NCBI GenBank assembly: GCA_965227775.1
Contig: OZ245777.1
Location: forward strand, 1,152,001-1,216,000
DNA from: Phycisphaerales bacterium
GTDB lineage: Bacteria > Planctomycetota > Phycisphaerae > Phycisphaerales > UBA1924
Direction: 5' to 3'
Length of the DNA: 64,000 bases
A program made the position numbers and the translations under genes. Positions 1 through 13,218 of this stretch are shown here, in pieces; positions within the stretch are counted from its first letter, which is position 1; each line of letters opens with the position of its first letter. The notes beneath the pieces were generated by a model that was not told the DNA's origin, searched no databases, and saw only the letters and a program-made list of their open reading frames with translations.

Positions 1-750
1 CGAGTGCATGCCCTGGGGCGGACGCATGAGGTCACGCAGCGTGCCGTCGATGCGGTAACGGATGCGCGTGCCCTTGTGGCTGGGCTCGATGTGGATATCG
101 CTGGCACGATCCCGGATGGCAGTCAGCACCGCCATGTTCACGAGGTTGACGATCGGGCTGCCGGCGATGATCTTCGCGAGATCGCCCTCTGCCTCGTCCT
201 CGTCCACGTTCTCCTTGTCGAATACCTCGACGTCGGATTCGCGAAGCTGGGAGAGGAAGGCTGTCAGGTTGGCCTGGTTCTGGGCGTACTTCTCGATGAA
301 TTCGTCGATGTTGGCCCGCAGCGCGAGCACGGGCCGGATGCGGCATCCGGTGATGGCGCTCAGGCGGTCGATCGTCGGTAGCGACTGCGGCTCGGCCATC
401 GCCACCGTCATCTCGTCGCGGATGCGGAACATGGGCATCACGCCCAGCTCTTGCGCGACTTCGGCAGTGACAACCTTGAGCAGTTCTGGGTCAACAAGGC
501 CGTGGCGGAGCACGCACGAGGGCAGCTCAAGGTGCTGGCCAAGCGTGTGCACGAGCGTGGCGGGAGAGATAATGCCCTCTTCAACGAGGATCTCGCCCAG
601 CAGCGTGCCCTCGGCTTGCTGGCGTTGCAGTGCGGCGCCAAGCTGCTCCTCAGTAATGGCACCGCTGTCGACGAGCACATCGCCGATGCGCGTGACGGGC
701 GGAGCCGCGCTGTGGTCGTTGGTCGGCGTGTCGTCGTTGGCGGGATTCAC
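1..750 (-). CDS. GspE/PulE/PilB-family secretion or pilus ATPase, N-terminal part (runs off the window), with MshEN-like N-terminus
   Basis: Absent from the ORF track because there is no stop in the window. My translation from GTG at 750 reads MNPANDD...RIGDVLVDSGAITEEQLGAALQRQ...LLGEILVEEGII...SPIVNLVNMAVLTAIRDRASDIHIEP...IRYRIDGTL, containing the PilB/GspE motifs ASDIHIEP and RYRIDG. The start overlaps the STAS stop (GTGA). Confidence 0.9.
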   Translation of the reverse strand, partial: MNPANDDTPTNDHSAAPPVTRIGDVLVDSGAITEEQLGAALQRQQAEGTLLGEILVEEGIISPATLVHTLGQHLELPSCVLRHGLVDPELLKVVTAEVAQELGVMPMFRIRDEMTVAMAEPQSLPTIDRLSAITGCRIRPVLALRANIDEFIEKYAQNQANLTAFLSQLRESDVEVFDKENVDEDEAEGDLAKIIAGSPIVNLVNMAVLTAIRDRASDIHIEPSHKGTRIRYRIDGTLRDLMRPPQGMHS

Positions 751-1082
751 AGGAAGCTCCTGGCTGCCGAAACCCCGTCGGCATAAATATCGAAGCGACC
801 GGCGATTCCGGTCAGCTCGAGGCACTCGCGCACGGTCTCGTCCAGCCCGCAGAGCTTGAGCACGCGGCCGGCGGCGCCGAGCTGGTCATTCGCGTCGAGC
901 AGCGCTTCGAGCGCGGTGCTGTCCATGAACGGCACGGCAGTTGCATCCACCACGCAGCGACCCATCGAACGCTTGGCTGCGTCGAGCAGCTTCGCGCGGA
1001 AGGCCGCGGAGTCCTGCTGGGTAATGGCACCGTCGGGCCTGACGAACGTGACGGCGCCTCGCACCTGCTCATCGATGCGCAT
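747..1082 (-). CDS. STAS-domain anti-sigma-factor antagonist
   Basis: 111 aa; VVDATAVPFMDSTALEALL...GRVLKLCGLDETVRECLELTG matches the SpoIIAA/RsbV pattern, including the phosphoacceptor Ser (DS). Confidence 0.88.
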   Translation of the reverse strand: MRIDEQVRGAVTFVRPDGAITQQDSAAFRAKLLDAAKRSMGRCVVDATAVPFMDSTALEALLDANDQLGAAGRVLKLCGLDETVRECLELTGIAGRFDIYADGVSAARSFL

Positions 1083-1095
1083 CGTGCCGCTCCCT

Positions 1096-2529
1096 TCAGG
1101 CTACGAGCCGTCCACCGGGAATGAACATGGTGAAGACGCTGCCCTTGCCCGGCTCCGAGTCGACATCGATGCCGCCCTCGTGCCCGAGCATGATCTCCTT
1201 GGCGAGCGTCAGCCCGAGGCCGGTGCCCTGCGTTCCCGAGGCGCGCACGTCATCGGTGCGGTAAAAGCGCTCGAAGATCCGCTGGCGGTCGGTTTCAGAG
1301 ATCCCAACGCCCGTGTCGCGCACGGAGACATCCAGCCCCTCATCGCCCCAGTCGGCAGACAAGGTGACCTCGCCGCCCTCTGGCGTGTACTTGATGGCGT
1401 TGCCCAGCACGTTGTGGTATGCCTGGAGCAGCTTGTCACGATCGCCGCGCACAACGGGGAGCTTGGGCGGCAGGGTGAATTTGAGTGTCACGCCCTTGCC
1501 CTTGGCCTGGTTCTCGAACTCCAGTCGAAGCTCCTCGAAGAGCTGATCGAGCCGAGCCTCGCCCTCTTGGATCGAAAGTGCGCCGGCTTCCATTTCGCTC
1601 ACGCTGAGCATGTCGGAGACGACACGCTCGAGCCTGCGAACCTCCTGGTTGATCACGTTCAGGCAGGTGCCCAGCATTGCCTCGTCGCAGTCGTCGCCCA
1701 GTGCGGTCTCGGCATAGAGGCGCATATTGGTCAGCGGCGTGCGAAGCTCGTGCGTCGCGTGGGCGATGAAGTTGGCACGGGCCTCTTCGGCGGCGTGCAA
1801 CTGGGTGATGTCTTCGACGACGACGACGTGGCCATCGGCTGCCTGCCCGTCACGGACGGTGATCCGCAGGTGCGACATCGCCTCGCCGACGGTGCGGTCC
1901 AACTCCATCGTCCCGCGGCGGAGTTTCTGGTCGCCCGACGAGATCAGCAGCGGCGAGACGTCGAGCACGTCGGTGAGCAACTTGTGCTCAAGGCCGTCGA
2001 GGTCAACGCCCAGCAGCATGACAGCGGCAGAATTGGCGAACCGGATCTCAAGGCTCGGGCTCACCACCAGCACGCCCTGCCACAGAGCAGAGCAGACCGA
2101 GGCGGCCAGGCGACCATCGCCGGTGGCTGCAATCGGGGTTGAAGCAGCTGTTGATGCCGTGCTCTCAACGCCGTTCTGGAGCCGATCGACCAGCGCGTTC
2201 CACGCGCCCGCCTCGGGGCCGAATCGGTCGGCCAGCTGGAGCTCGGCGGTCGGGGTGTTCGTGTTCTCGGACGCAAGCACCGCCTCGCGGAGCGCCGCGA
2301 ACGAGAGCAGTCGGTTGCGGATCCAGCGGCCGAGCAGGACCGAGCCAAGCAGTCCGCCGGCTGCGACCGCCGAGAGTTCGATCCAGGCTTGGGTCGCCAA
2401 GGGCATGCCCACGGCGTCGATATAGAGGTAAGAGTATGCTCCGATAATAGTGACCACGATGCCAATCGACGCAGCGATGAAGCCGAGGATCGTTCGTTCG
2501 CGTCGGTGCAGCAAGCTGATGCCCATCAT
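1096..2529 (-). CDS. Membrane sensor histidine kinase (2 TM, PAS-like, HisKA, HATPase)
   Basis: H-box ATHELRTPLTNM, N-box NVLGNAIKYT, G1 DTGVGI, F-box IFERFYR, G2 GTGLGL; two N-terminal hydrophobic segments. Start uncertain (ATG 2529 versus TTG 2544). Confidence 0.92.
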   Translation of the reverse strand: MMGISLLHRRERTILGFIAASIGIVVTIIGAYSYLYIDAVGMPLATQAWIELSAVAAGGLLGSVLLGRWIRNRLLSFAALREAVLASENTNTPTAELQLADRFGPEAGAWNALVDRLQNGVESTASTAASTPIAATGDGRLAASVCSALWQGVLVVSPSLEIRFANSAAVMLLGVDLDGLEHKLLTDVLDVSPLLISSGDQKLRRGTMELDRTVGEAMSHLRITVRDGQAADGHVVVVEDITQLHAAEEARANFIAHATHELRTPLTNMRLYAETALGDDCDEAMLGTCLNVINQEVRRLERVVSDMLSVSEMEAGALSIQEGEARLDQLFEELRLEFENQAKGKGVTLKFTLPPKLPVVRGDRDKLLQAYHNVLGNAIKYTPEGGEVTLSADWGDEGLDVSVRDTGVGISETDRQRIFERFYRTDDVRASGTQGTGLGLTLAKEIMLGHEGGIDVDSEPGKGSVFTMFIPGGRLVA

Positions 2530-2662
2530 GCAAACCCCTGCCAAGCACCGACTTGGGTGACCATCACGCCAAGACGGAGTCCCTCATCGGGGTCTATCGA
2601 CCCGGATCAGGCGGCACTCAAGGGCAAGTTGGGCGGATTGTGCGGGTAGAAGCGGCGGGCGA

Positions 2663-3055
2663 TCAGTCGAAGCGGAAGACACCCTTGCGGAGACCGTACA
2701 AGAACGCAACGACGGTTGTAAAGAGGAAGAAGAGGATGCGGCCGAGCCAGACCAGGCGGTCGGTCGAGTCCATCTCAAGGTTGGCGAACGTGGTCGCCCA
2801 CGGGTAGAGGAACACCACCTCGACGTCGAACACCAGGAACACCATGGCGATCAGGTAGAAGCGCACGTTGAACCGCTTGCGGGCGGTGCCCACGGGCTCC
2901 ATGCCGCTCTCGTAGGACAGGGCCTTGGTCTCGCCAGCCCGGTTGGGGCCGAGGATGCGCGTGAGCACCAGGTTCATGACCGAGAAGCCCACCACGGCCA
3001 TCAAGATGATCGCCAGGGGCAGGTAGGCCACGGGGTCGGTTACGCCAAGCAGCAT
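2663..3055 (-). CDS. nuoA: NADH-quinone oxidoreductase subunit A
   Basis: YESGMEP...RFNVRFYLIAMVFLVFDVEVVFLYPWA signature, 3 TM helices and a KGVFRFD end. ATG 3055 chosen as start. Confidence 0.93.
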   Translation of the reverse strand: MLLGVTDPVAYLPLAIILMAVVGFSVMNLVLTRILGPNRAGETKALSYESGMEPVGTARKRFNVRFYLIAMVFLVFDVEVVFLYPWATTFANLEMDSTDRLVWLGRILFFLFTTVVAFLYGLRKGVFRFD

Positions 3056-3077
3056 GGGCCGAGGATAGGCCGGGTGA

Positions 3078-5105
<2,028 letters not shown>

Positions 5106-5180
5106 CCCGTTTCGCATCCCGTGAACCCGCCAACGAAACCAAGATGATCACGAGCGATCTTGCTCAGGAGCACAGAAGCA

Positions 5181-5471
5181 ATGAACGTCAAGCCTCTCGA
5201 TGACAGAATCGTCGTTCGCCCCTCGGCCCAGGAGACCAAGACCGAGTCTGGCATCTACCTGCCCGAGACGAGCAAGGAGCGGCCCATGACCGGCAAGGTC
5301 ATCGCCGTCGGCCCCGGCCGTCGCCTCGACAACGGCGAGCGTGCCAAGCCGACCGTGAAGAAGGGCGACACCGTCGTCTACGGCAAGTACGCCGGCACCG
5401 AGGTTGAGGTGAAGGGCGATGAGCACCTGATCCTGCGTGAGAGCGAACTGCTCGGCGTACTCGACAGCTAA
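5181..5471 (+). CDS. groES: Co-chaperonin GroES
   Basis: MNVKPLDDRIVV...TESGIYLP...GKVIAVGPG...YGKYAGTEV...ILRESELLG; AGGAG RBS. Confidence 0.98.
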   Translation: MNVKPLDDRIVVRPSAQETKTESGIYLPETSKERPMTGKVIAVGPGRRLDNGERAKPTVKKGDTVVYGKYAGTEVEVKGDEHLILRESELLGVLDS

Positions 5472-5534
5472 GACCAGTCGGCCAACCCCCGATTCTGAAA
5501 CGAAACTGACCGGCCCGGCCGGAGGAGCGCACGC

Positions 5535-7148
5535 GTGTCCCACAAGCAAGTCATGTTCGAAAACGAGGCCCTGCAGGAGATGAAGCAGGGTGTCGACCGT
5601 CTGGCCAACGCCGTGAAGTGCACGATGGGGCCGGCCGGCCGCAACGTGGTCATCCAGAAGAGCTTCGGCAACCCGCAGGTGACCAAGGACGGCGTGAGCG
5701 TGGCCCGCGAGGTCGAGCTGCCCGAGCCGTTCGCGTCAATGGGCGCCAAGATGGTGCACCAGGTCGCCAAGAAGACCAACGACAAGGCCGGCGACGGCAC
5801 GACCACCGCGACGGTGCTGGCTCAGGCGATCTTCACCGCCGGGCTCAAGCACGTGACGGCCGGAGCCAACGCCGTACAGGTCCAGCGCGGTGTGAACGGC
5901 GCGGCGCAGGCCGCCAGCGAGGCCATCAACGGCTTCGCCGTCAAGTGCAAGGGCAAGGACGACTACCGCAAGGTGGCCAGCGTGTCGGCCAACCACGACG
6001 CGTCGGTCGGTGAGCTCATCGCCGAGGCCATCAGCAAGGTCGGGGCCGAGGGCGTGGTTGAGGTCGAGGAAGGCCGCGGCAACGAGACTGAGCTCGAGTT
6101 CGTCGAGGGCATGCAGTTCGACAAGGGCTACATGTCGCCCTACTTCATGACCGACCCCAAGAGCGGCGAGTGCGTGCTCGAGGACTGCCTGATCCTCATC
6201 CACGAGAAGAAGATCGCCAACCTGACCGACCTGCTGCCGCTGCTGAACAAGGCTGTCTCGGCCGGCAAGCCGCTGCTGATCATCGCCGAGGACATGGAGA
6301 ACGAAGCGCTCGCCACGCTGGTGATCAACCGCCTGCGCGGCTCGCTCAAGATCGCGGCCGTGAAGGCCCCTGGCTTTGGCGATCGTCGCAAGGCGATGCT
6401 GCAGGACATCGGCATCCTGACCGGCGGCACATTCTTCGCCGAGGACCTGGGCCGCAGCCTCGAGTCGATCGAGCTGAACGAGCTTGGCAAGGCCAAGAAG
6501 GTCGTGATTACCAAGGACGACACGACCATCATCGAGGGTGCGGGCAAGAAGAAGGACATCACCGCCCGAGCCGAGCAGATCAAGGCCCAGCACGAGGCCT
6601 CGACCAGCGAGTATGACCGCGAGAAGCTGATGGAGCGCCACGCCAAGCTGACCGGCGGCGTGTGCATCATCCACGTCGGCGGCTCGAGCGAAGTCGAGAT
6701 GAAGCAGCGCAAGGACCTCGTCGAGGACGCGCTCGCGGCGACCCGCGGCGCGGCCAAGGAGGGCTACGTGGCCGGCGGCGGCGTCGCGCTGCTGCGGACG
6801 CAGGACGCTATCGAGGCCGCTCGCAAGAAGGCCAAGGGCGACGAGCAGATCGGCTACGACATCGTCTACGACGCGGTCGAGAGCTGCGTGCGTCAGATCG
6901 CCGAGAACGCCGGCTTCGACGGCGACCTCGTCGTCGAGAACGTGCGCGAGGGCAAGGCCAGCGAGGGCTTCGATGCTTCGACGGGCGAGTACCTCGACCT
7001 GGTGAAGGCAGGCATCATCGACGCGGCGCTCGTGCCGAGGACGGCGCTAATCAACGCCGCTTCGGTTGCGGGGTTGATGCTCACGACCGATGTGCTCGTC
7101 ACCGAGCTCAAGGAAGAGACCGAGCCGGTGGTGGGGGCGGTTTCTTAA
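5535..7148 (+). CDS. groEL: Chaperonin GroEL (copy 2, divergent, no GGM tail)
   Basis: [46 protein letters not shown] before GTG; ends EPVVGAVS. Confidence 0.97.
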   Translation: MSHKQVMFENEALQEMKQGVDRLANAVKCTMGPAGRNVVIQKSFGNPQVTKDGVSVAREVELPEPFASMGAKMVHQVAKKTNDKAGDGTTTATVLAQAIFTAGLKHVTAGANAVQVQRGVNGAAQAASEAINGFAVKCKGKDDYRKVASVSANHDASVGELIAEAISKVGAEGVVEVEEGRGNETELEFVEGMQFDKGYMSPYFMTDPKSGECVLEDCLILIHEKKIANLTDLLPLLNKAVSAGKPLLIIAEDMENEALATLVINRLRGSLKIAAVKAPGFGDRRKAMLQDIGILTGGTFFAEDLGRSLESIELNELGKAKKVVITKDDTTIIEGAGKKKDITARAEQIKAQHEASTSEYDREKLMERHAKLTGGVCIIHVGGSSEVEMKQRKDLVEDALAATRGAAKEGYVAGGGVALLRTQDAIEAARKKAKGDEQIGYDIVYDAVESCVRQIAENAGFDGDLVVENVREGKASEGFDASTGEYLDLVKAGIIDAALVPRTALINAASVAGLMLTTDVLVTELKEETEPVVGAVS

Positions 7149-7165
7149 CAGAGACGATGCTCTTC

Positions 7166-7201
7166 GAGGCGCGGCAGCACGGGCTCCGCGCCTTTCGTTT
7201 C
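7166..7201 (+). terminator. Terminator-like hairpin between groEL2 and dnaJ
   Basis: AGGCGCGG(C)AGC-ACGG-GCTCCGCGCCT followed by TTCGTTTT. Confidence 0.55.
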
Positions 7202-7223
7202 AATCTTCGCCTCGAAAGAACGC

Positions 7224-8375
7224 ATGCCGACCACCCGCGACTACTACGAGATTCTCGGCCTCGAGCGTGACGCGTCCGAGGACGACATCAAGCGGGCGTA
7301 TCGCCGGCTGGCGCTAAAGTACCACCCGGATCGCAACCCGGATGACGCCGAGGCGGAGACGAAGTTTAAGGAGGCGGCCGAGGCGTACGAGGTCTTGGGC
7401 GACGCCACGAAGAAGGCTCGCTACGACCAGTACGGTCATGAGGGCCTGCGCGGCCAGGGCGGGGCGGCCCACGACTTCAGCCACATGAACGTCGAGGACA
7501 TCTTCTCGATGTTCAGCGACATCTTCGGTGGTGGGGGCTTCGGCGGCATGGGCGGCGGCCGAGGCGGTCGCCAGCGCGTGGTGCGCGGGTACGACCTCGA
7601 GACCGAGGTCGAGATGGAGCTGAAGGACGTGCTGACCGGCACGGAGCGCGACGTCGAGTTCACCAGGCTCGACGTGTGCGACGCGTGCACGGGCAGCGGC
7701 GCGAAGCCGGGCAGCGACCCGCAGACATGCCCGACGTGCGAGGGGCAGGGCAAGGTCCAGCAGGCCGGCATGGGCGGCATGTTCCGCATGGTGACGGCCT
7801 GCCCGAGTTGTCGCGGCCGTGGCACGATCATCAAGGAGCACTGCCCGAGTTGCAAGGGCAAGGGGCGCGTGCCGCGCAAGCGCGTGCTGAGCGTGAAGAT
7901 CCCCGCGGGAATCCACGAGGGACAAGCGGTGCGTGTGCAGGGTGAGGGCGAGCCGCCTCCGCCCGAAGCCTCGCCGAGCGGTACGGGCGTTCGGGGTGAC
8001 CTGCACGTCGTTGTGCGCATCGATGAACACCCAATGTTCAAGCGCGACGGCGACCATCTGCTGATGGAGATGCCCATCGGATTCACGCAGGCGGCGCTGG
8101 GCACCGAGATGGACGTGCCGACGCTGACGGGCAAGGTGAAGCAGACCGTGCCCAAGGCGACGCAGCACGGCACGCTCTTCCGCCTGCACGGAGAGGGGCT
8201 GCCCAACCTGCGGAGCGGGCGACGCGGCGACATGGTGCTGATTACACGCGTAGAGATCCCCAAGAAGCTCAGCGAGAAGCAGGAGAAGCTGCTCCGCGAG
8301 TTTGCCGAGACCGAAGACCAGAACGTGATGCCCGAGAGCCACGGCTTCCTCAAGAAGATCCGGGACCTGTTTTGA
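7224..8375 (+). CDS. dnaJ: Chaperone DnaJ
   Basis: J domain with HPD, G/F-rich linker and four CxxCxGxG motifs ([32 protein letters not shown]). Confidence 0.98.
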   Translation: MPTTRDYYEILGLERDASEDDIKRAYRRLALKYHPDRNPDDAEAETKFKEAAEAYEVLGDATKKARYDQYGHEGLRGQGGAAHDFSHMNVEDIFSMFSDIFGGGGFGGMGGGRGGRQRVVRGYDLETEVEMELKDVLTGTERDVEFTRLDVCDACTGSGAKPGSDPQTCPTCEGQGKVQQAGMGGMFRMVTACPSCRGRGTIIKEHCPSCKGKGRVPRKRVLSVKIPAGIHEGQAVRVQGEGEPPPPEASPSGTGVRGDLHVVVRIDEHPMFKRDGDHLLMEMPIGFTQAALGTEMDVPTLTGKVKQTVPKATQHGTLFRLHGEGLPNLRSGRRGDMVLITRVEIPKKLSEKQEKLLREFAETEDQNVMPESHGFLKKIRDLF

Positions 8376-8393
8376 GTGCGAGGGGAGCGAGCG

Positions 8394-8963
8394 ATGGCCG
8401 AACACGAGACAGTTGATCGCGACCAGGACAACGACGGTCCGCCGGCGAGCTTCGACGAGATCATCCGCGACGAGTCCGGCAACCTCGATGCCGATGACGC
8501 GTTCGCGTTTTTCGAGAAGCTCTCGGGCGACGTGGCCGAGATGGAGAGCCGGTGGAAGCACTCGCTGGCCGACTTCCAGAACTTCCAGCGTCGCGCATCG
8601 GGCAATGAGGTCGAGGCACGCGCCCGCGGCGTGCGCGACGTGTGCGAGTCGATGCTCGGCGCGCTGGACAGCTTCGATCTCGCGCTCTCGCAGGACCCCG
8701 CGAGCCTGACGGTCGAGCAGCTCTTCAAGGCGATCGAGACGATCCGGGCAGAGGCGATGAAGTCCATGGCGCGCCACGGCGTGCTGCCCATCCAGCCGGC
8801 CGTGGGCGATGAGTTCAACCCGGGACATCACGAGGCCGTGATGCAGCAGGCCGCCGAAGGTGTCGGCCCGAGTTGCGTGTCCCAGGTGTTTCAGAGCGGC
8901 TACGCGATGGGCGACCGCGTGCTGCGGCCGGCCAAGGTTGCCGTGACGCCGGGCGAAGAGTGA
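8394..8963 (+). CDS. grpE: Nucleotide exchange factor GrpE
   Basis: ADFQNFQRR, FNPGHHEAV, VFQSGYAMGDRVLRPAKVAV. Confidence 0.95.
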   Translation: MAEHETVDRDQDNDGPPASFDEIIRDESGNLDADDAFAFFEKLSGDVAEMESRWKHSLADFQNFQRRASGNEVEARARGVRDVCESMLGALDSFDLALSQDPASLTVEQLFKAIETIRAEAMKSMARHGVLPIQPAVGDEFNPGHHEAVMQQAAEGVGPSCVSQVFQSGYAMGDRVLRPAKVAVTPGEE

Positions 8964-8994
8964 GCCTCCTGCAGCGAACACCGAGAGCGAACCC

Positions 8995-9333
8995 ATGCCA
9001 ACGTACGACTACCGCTGCAACGCCTGCGACCACGAGTTCGAGCTCTTCCAGAGCATGAGCGACAAGGTCAAGCGCACGTGCCCTGAGTGCGGCAAGAAGT
9101 CGCTCGAGCGTTTGATCGGCACGGGCGCCGCGCTGCTGTTCAAGGGGTCGGGCTTCTACGAGACCGACTACCGCAGCGAGAGCTACACCAAGGCGCAGAA
9201 GGCCGACAAGCCCGATTCGGATGCGAAGAGCGGCTCGAAGTCGGATTCGAAGACTGACGCCAAGGCCGACTCGAAGAGCGACAAGAAGCCAGCAAAGAAG
9301 GATTCGGCCAAGACCAAGGCCGCATCGAAATGA
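8995..9333 (+). CDS. FmdB-family zinc-ribbon protein
   Basis: MPTYDYRCNACDHEFE...CPECG...FKGSGFYETDY, followed by a K/S/D-rich tail. Confidence 0.9.
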   Translation: MPTYDYRCNACDHEFELFQSMSDKVKRTCPECGKKSLERLIGTGAALLFKGSGFYETDYRSESYTKAQKADKPDSDAKSGSKSDSKTDAKADSKSDKKPAKKDSAKTKAASK

Positions 9334-9707
9334 TCCTGGGCCACGGCGTCGACCTTGCCGAGGTGGCGCGCATCCGGCGTTCGGTCGATCGATATGGCGA
9401 TCGGTTCTTGGAGCGCGTATTCACCGAGGCCGAACGCGAGTACGCGGGTGACGGTCCGAGACGGTTCGAGCGGCTCGCGGCGAGGTTTGCCGCCAAGGAG
9501 GCCGTGTTCAAGGCCTTGGGCACGGGCTGGGCTGAGGGAGCAGGCTGGACCGACATCGAGGCGATCCGCGAGCCGAGCGGCAAACCAACGCTGGTCTTGC
9601 ACGGCAAGGCCCACGACATGGCCCGGGCAATGGGCGTGAAGTGGTGGCATCTCTCGCTTACGCATACGAAGACGATGGCGATGGCATCCGTGATCGCCGA
9701 GGGCTAG
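9330..9707 (+). CDS. acpS: Holo-[acyl-carrier-protein] synthase
   Basis: MILGHGVDL, RFAAKEAVFKALGTG, GKP, HLSLTH; ATGA overlap with the upstream gene. Confidence 0.95.
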   Translation: MILGHGVDLAEVARIRRSVDRYGDRFLERVFTEAEREYAGDGPRRFERLAARFAAKEAVFKALGTGWAEGAGWTDIEAIREPSGKPTLVLHGKAHDMARAMGVKWWHLSLTHTKTMAMASVIAEG

Positions 9708-9755
9708 GACACGAACGACGGGCGCATCGAAGTTGCCCACAGCGAGGAGGACACC

Positions 9756-10586
9756 ATGGGCGAGCAAGACGCGAAGACGCCGGTCGACGACAGCCGTCTG
9801 CAGGAACTGATCGACTCGCTGGTGAAGAACCCGAAGGACGAGGCTTCGGAGCGCGAGTTCTGGAAGCTCTTCTGCAATCTTCCGGCTTGGCACCTGTTGA
9901 CCACCGAGGAAGATGCCAGGAAGGTGGTCGAGCAGCAGCAGCCCGACATCCAGGTGCAGATGTTCCAGGATGGTGATCGTGCGCTGCTGCCGATCTACTC
10001 GTCGGGCGAGCGGGCTCGCGCGGTGCTCGAGGATCAGAAGCTCGCGAGCGTGAGCATGCCCCCGCCGGCTGCGCTCGCGTACCTGTGCGGGCTGCGGGGC
10101 CGGATCGATGGCTTCATCGTGAATCCGGTGCCGGGCAAGGCTGGTGGCTTTGGCCATCGGTTGCCCGACTTGTGCGCGTTCTTCAGGAGCGAGCGGGGCG
10201 TGCTGCCCGCGGGCGCCATCCACTGCGCCGTCGATCATGCCCGCAACACCAAGCACACTCTGGCGTTCCTGATGGTGCACGAGATCATCGCCGGTCTCGA
10301 GAAGATCTACGTTGGTGTGAAGGACGACAGCTTCGCCTTCGTGAAGGAGGGGGAGAATCTTTGGCTGTGGGCATTCAGCGATGCGGCGATGGCCGTCCGT
10401 GCTTGCCAGCAGCACGAAGGCCTGAAGATGATCGAGGCCACGCCGGCCCAACTCGCTGAGCGCACGCAGCAAGCTATCGATCAGAGCGAGGGCCGAATCA
10501 AGGGTGTGGTGCTGAACCACCCGGAGAACTCGATGGCGATCGACCTTCCACTCCTGAAGAAGGCCGCGGACGGCGTGGGTGCTTGA
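9756..10586 (+). CDS. Hypothetical protein, probably with two SseB-like repeats
   Basis: GAGGAGG RBS; two similar units (LPIYSS...IDGFIVNP and LWAFSD...IKGVVLNH) resemble the SseB N-terminal domain. Family call is by eye. Confidence 0.55.
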   Translation: MGEQDAKTPVDDSRLQELIDSLVKNPKDEASEREFWKLFCNLPAWHLLTTEEDARKVVEQQQPDIQVQMFQDGDRALLPIYSSGERARAVLEDQKLASVSMPPPAALAYLCGLRGRIDGFIVNPVPGKAGGFGHRLPDLCAFFRSERGVLPAGAIHCAVDHARNTKHTLAFLMVHEIIAGLEKIYVGVKDDSFAFVKEGENLWLWAFSDAAMAVRACQQHEGLKMIEATPAQLAERTQQAIDQSEGRIKGVVLNHPENSMAIDLPLLKKAADGVGA

Positions 10587-10609
10587 CAACTCGCTGATCG
10601 AGGTATGCC

Positions 10610-11266
10610 GTGGCAGGCAAAGGCCGCAGTTGGAACCCCAGCGAGCCCGAGGCTCCGGACGATGACGCGGTCGTCGCTGACGATGTGACGCTCGACTCCA
10701 GTGGGCTCGCCGATGCTCGTGTCGGGAAGCTGGTCGTCGCATCGGTGCCCGATGCGGGGCTCGTTCGCATCGAGGCAGAACGGCTCGTGGCAGCCGGCGC
10801 AGTGCTTCCCGGTTTGACGGCTCGAGACGTGATCGCCAGAGGCGGGGACTTGTCGAACACGCAGTTGGCGGGTGCCACCCTGCGTCGTGTTCAGGCGTCA
10901 GAGATCGGTGGCGTCGGCGTGGATGTCTCGAGCGCCAGAGTCGAAAGCGTCGCGCTCCACCAGTGCAAGCTTCGGATGGCACGCGGGCTGGGCGTCCAGA
11001 TGACGAGGTGCTACTTCCATTCCTGCGACTTCCGAGAGGCTGAGTTCGAGGGGGCGAAACTGGACCGTGTTGTGTTTCGCGATTGCGACCTGTCCGGGGC
11101 GAGGCTCGTCGGCGTCGATCTCTCGCTGTGCGACCTCCGAGGCTCGCGTGTGGACGGGCTGGTCGTATCGCCGGATCGGATCCGTGGCGTTCGGGTCGAT
11201 GTGATGCAGCTCCCGACGTTTGCGGCCGCGCTCGGGCTCGACCTGGGCGAAGCGCCACGCGGCTGA
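10610..11266 (+). CDS. Pentapeptide-repeat protein (MfpA/Qnr-like fold)
   Basis: 5-residue periodicity: GDLSN TQLAG ATLRR ... CDFRE AEFEG AKLDR VVFRD CDLSG ARLVG VDLSL CDLRG. Confidence 0.85.
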   Translation: MAGKGRSWNPSEPEAPDDDAVVADDVTLDSSGLADARVGKLVVASVPDAGLVRIEAERLVAAGAVLPGLTARDVIARGGDLSNTQLAGATLRRVQASEIGGVGVDVSSARVESVALHQCKLRMARGLGVQMTRCYFHSCDFREAEFEGAKLDRVVFRDCDLSGARLVGVDLSLCDLRGSRVDGLVVSPDRIRGVRVDVMQLPTFAAALGLDLGEAPRG

Positions 11267-11297
11267 GGCACGACCGGTTACCGCCATACGCTTGGGT

Positions 11298-13136
<1,839 letters not shown>

Positions 13137-13218
13137 ACCCGCGCGAGGCAGGTTTCTGGCGAGGTCGGCAGCCGGCGGCCGACGGGCTGGCATGGCAGGC
13201 AGCGGGACGGAGGCAGCA

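Noticed and set aside
4..859. Plus-strand ORFs at the window start
   Set aside because: They are shadows of the minus-strand PilB/GspE and STAS genes.
9220..9330. KSD-like repeats at the end of the FmdB gene
   Set aside because: An ordinary low-complexity tail typical of this family.
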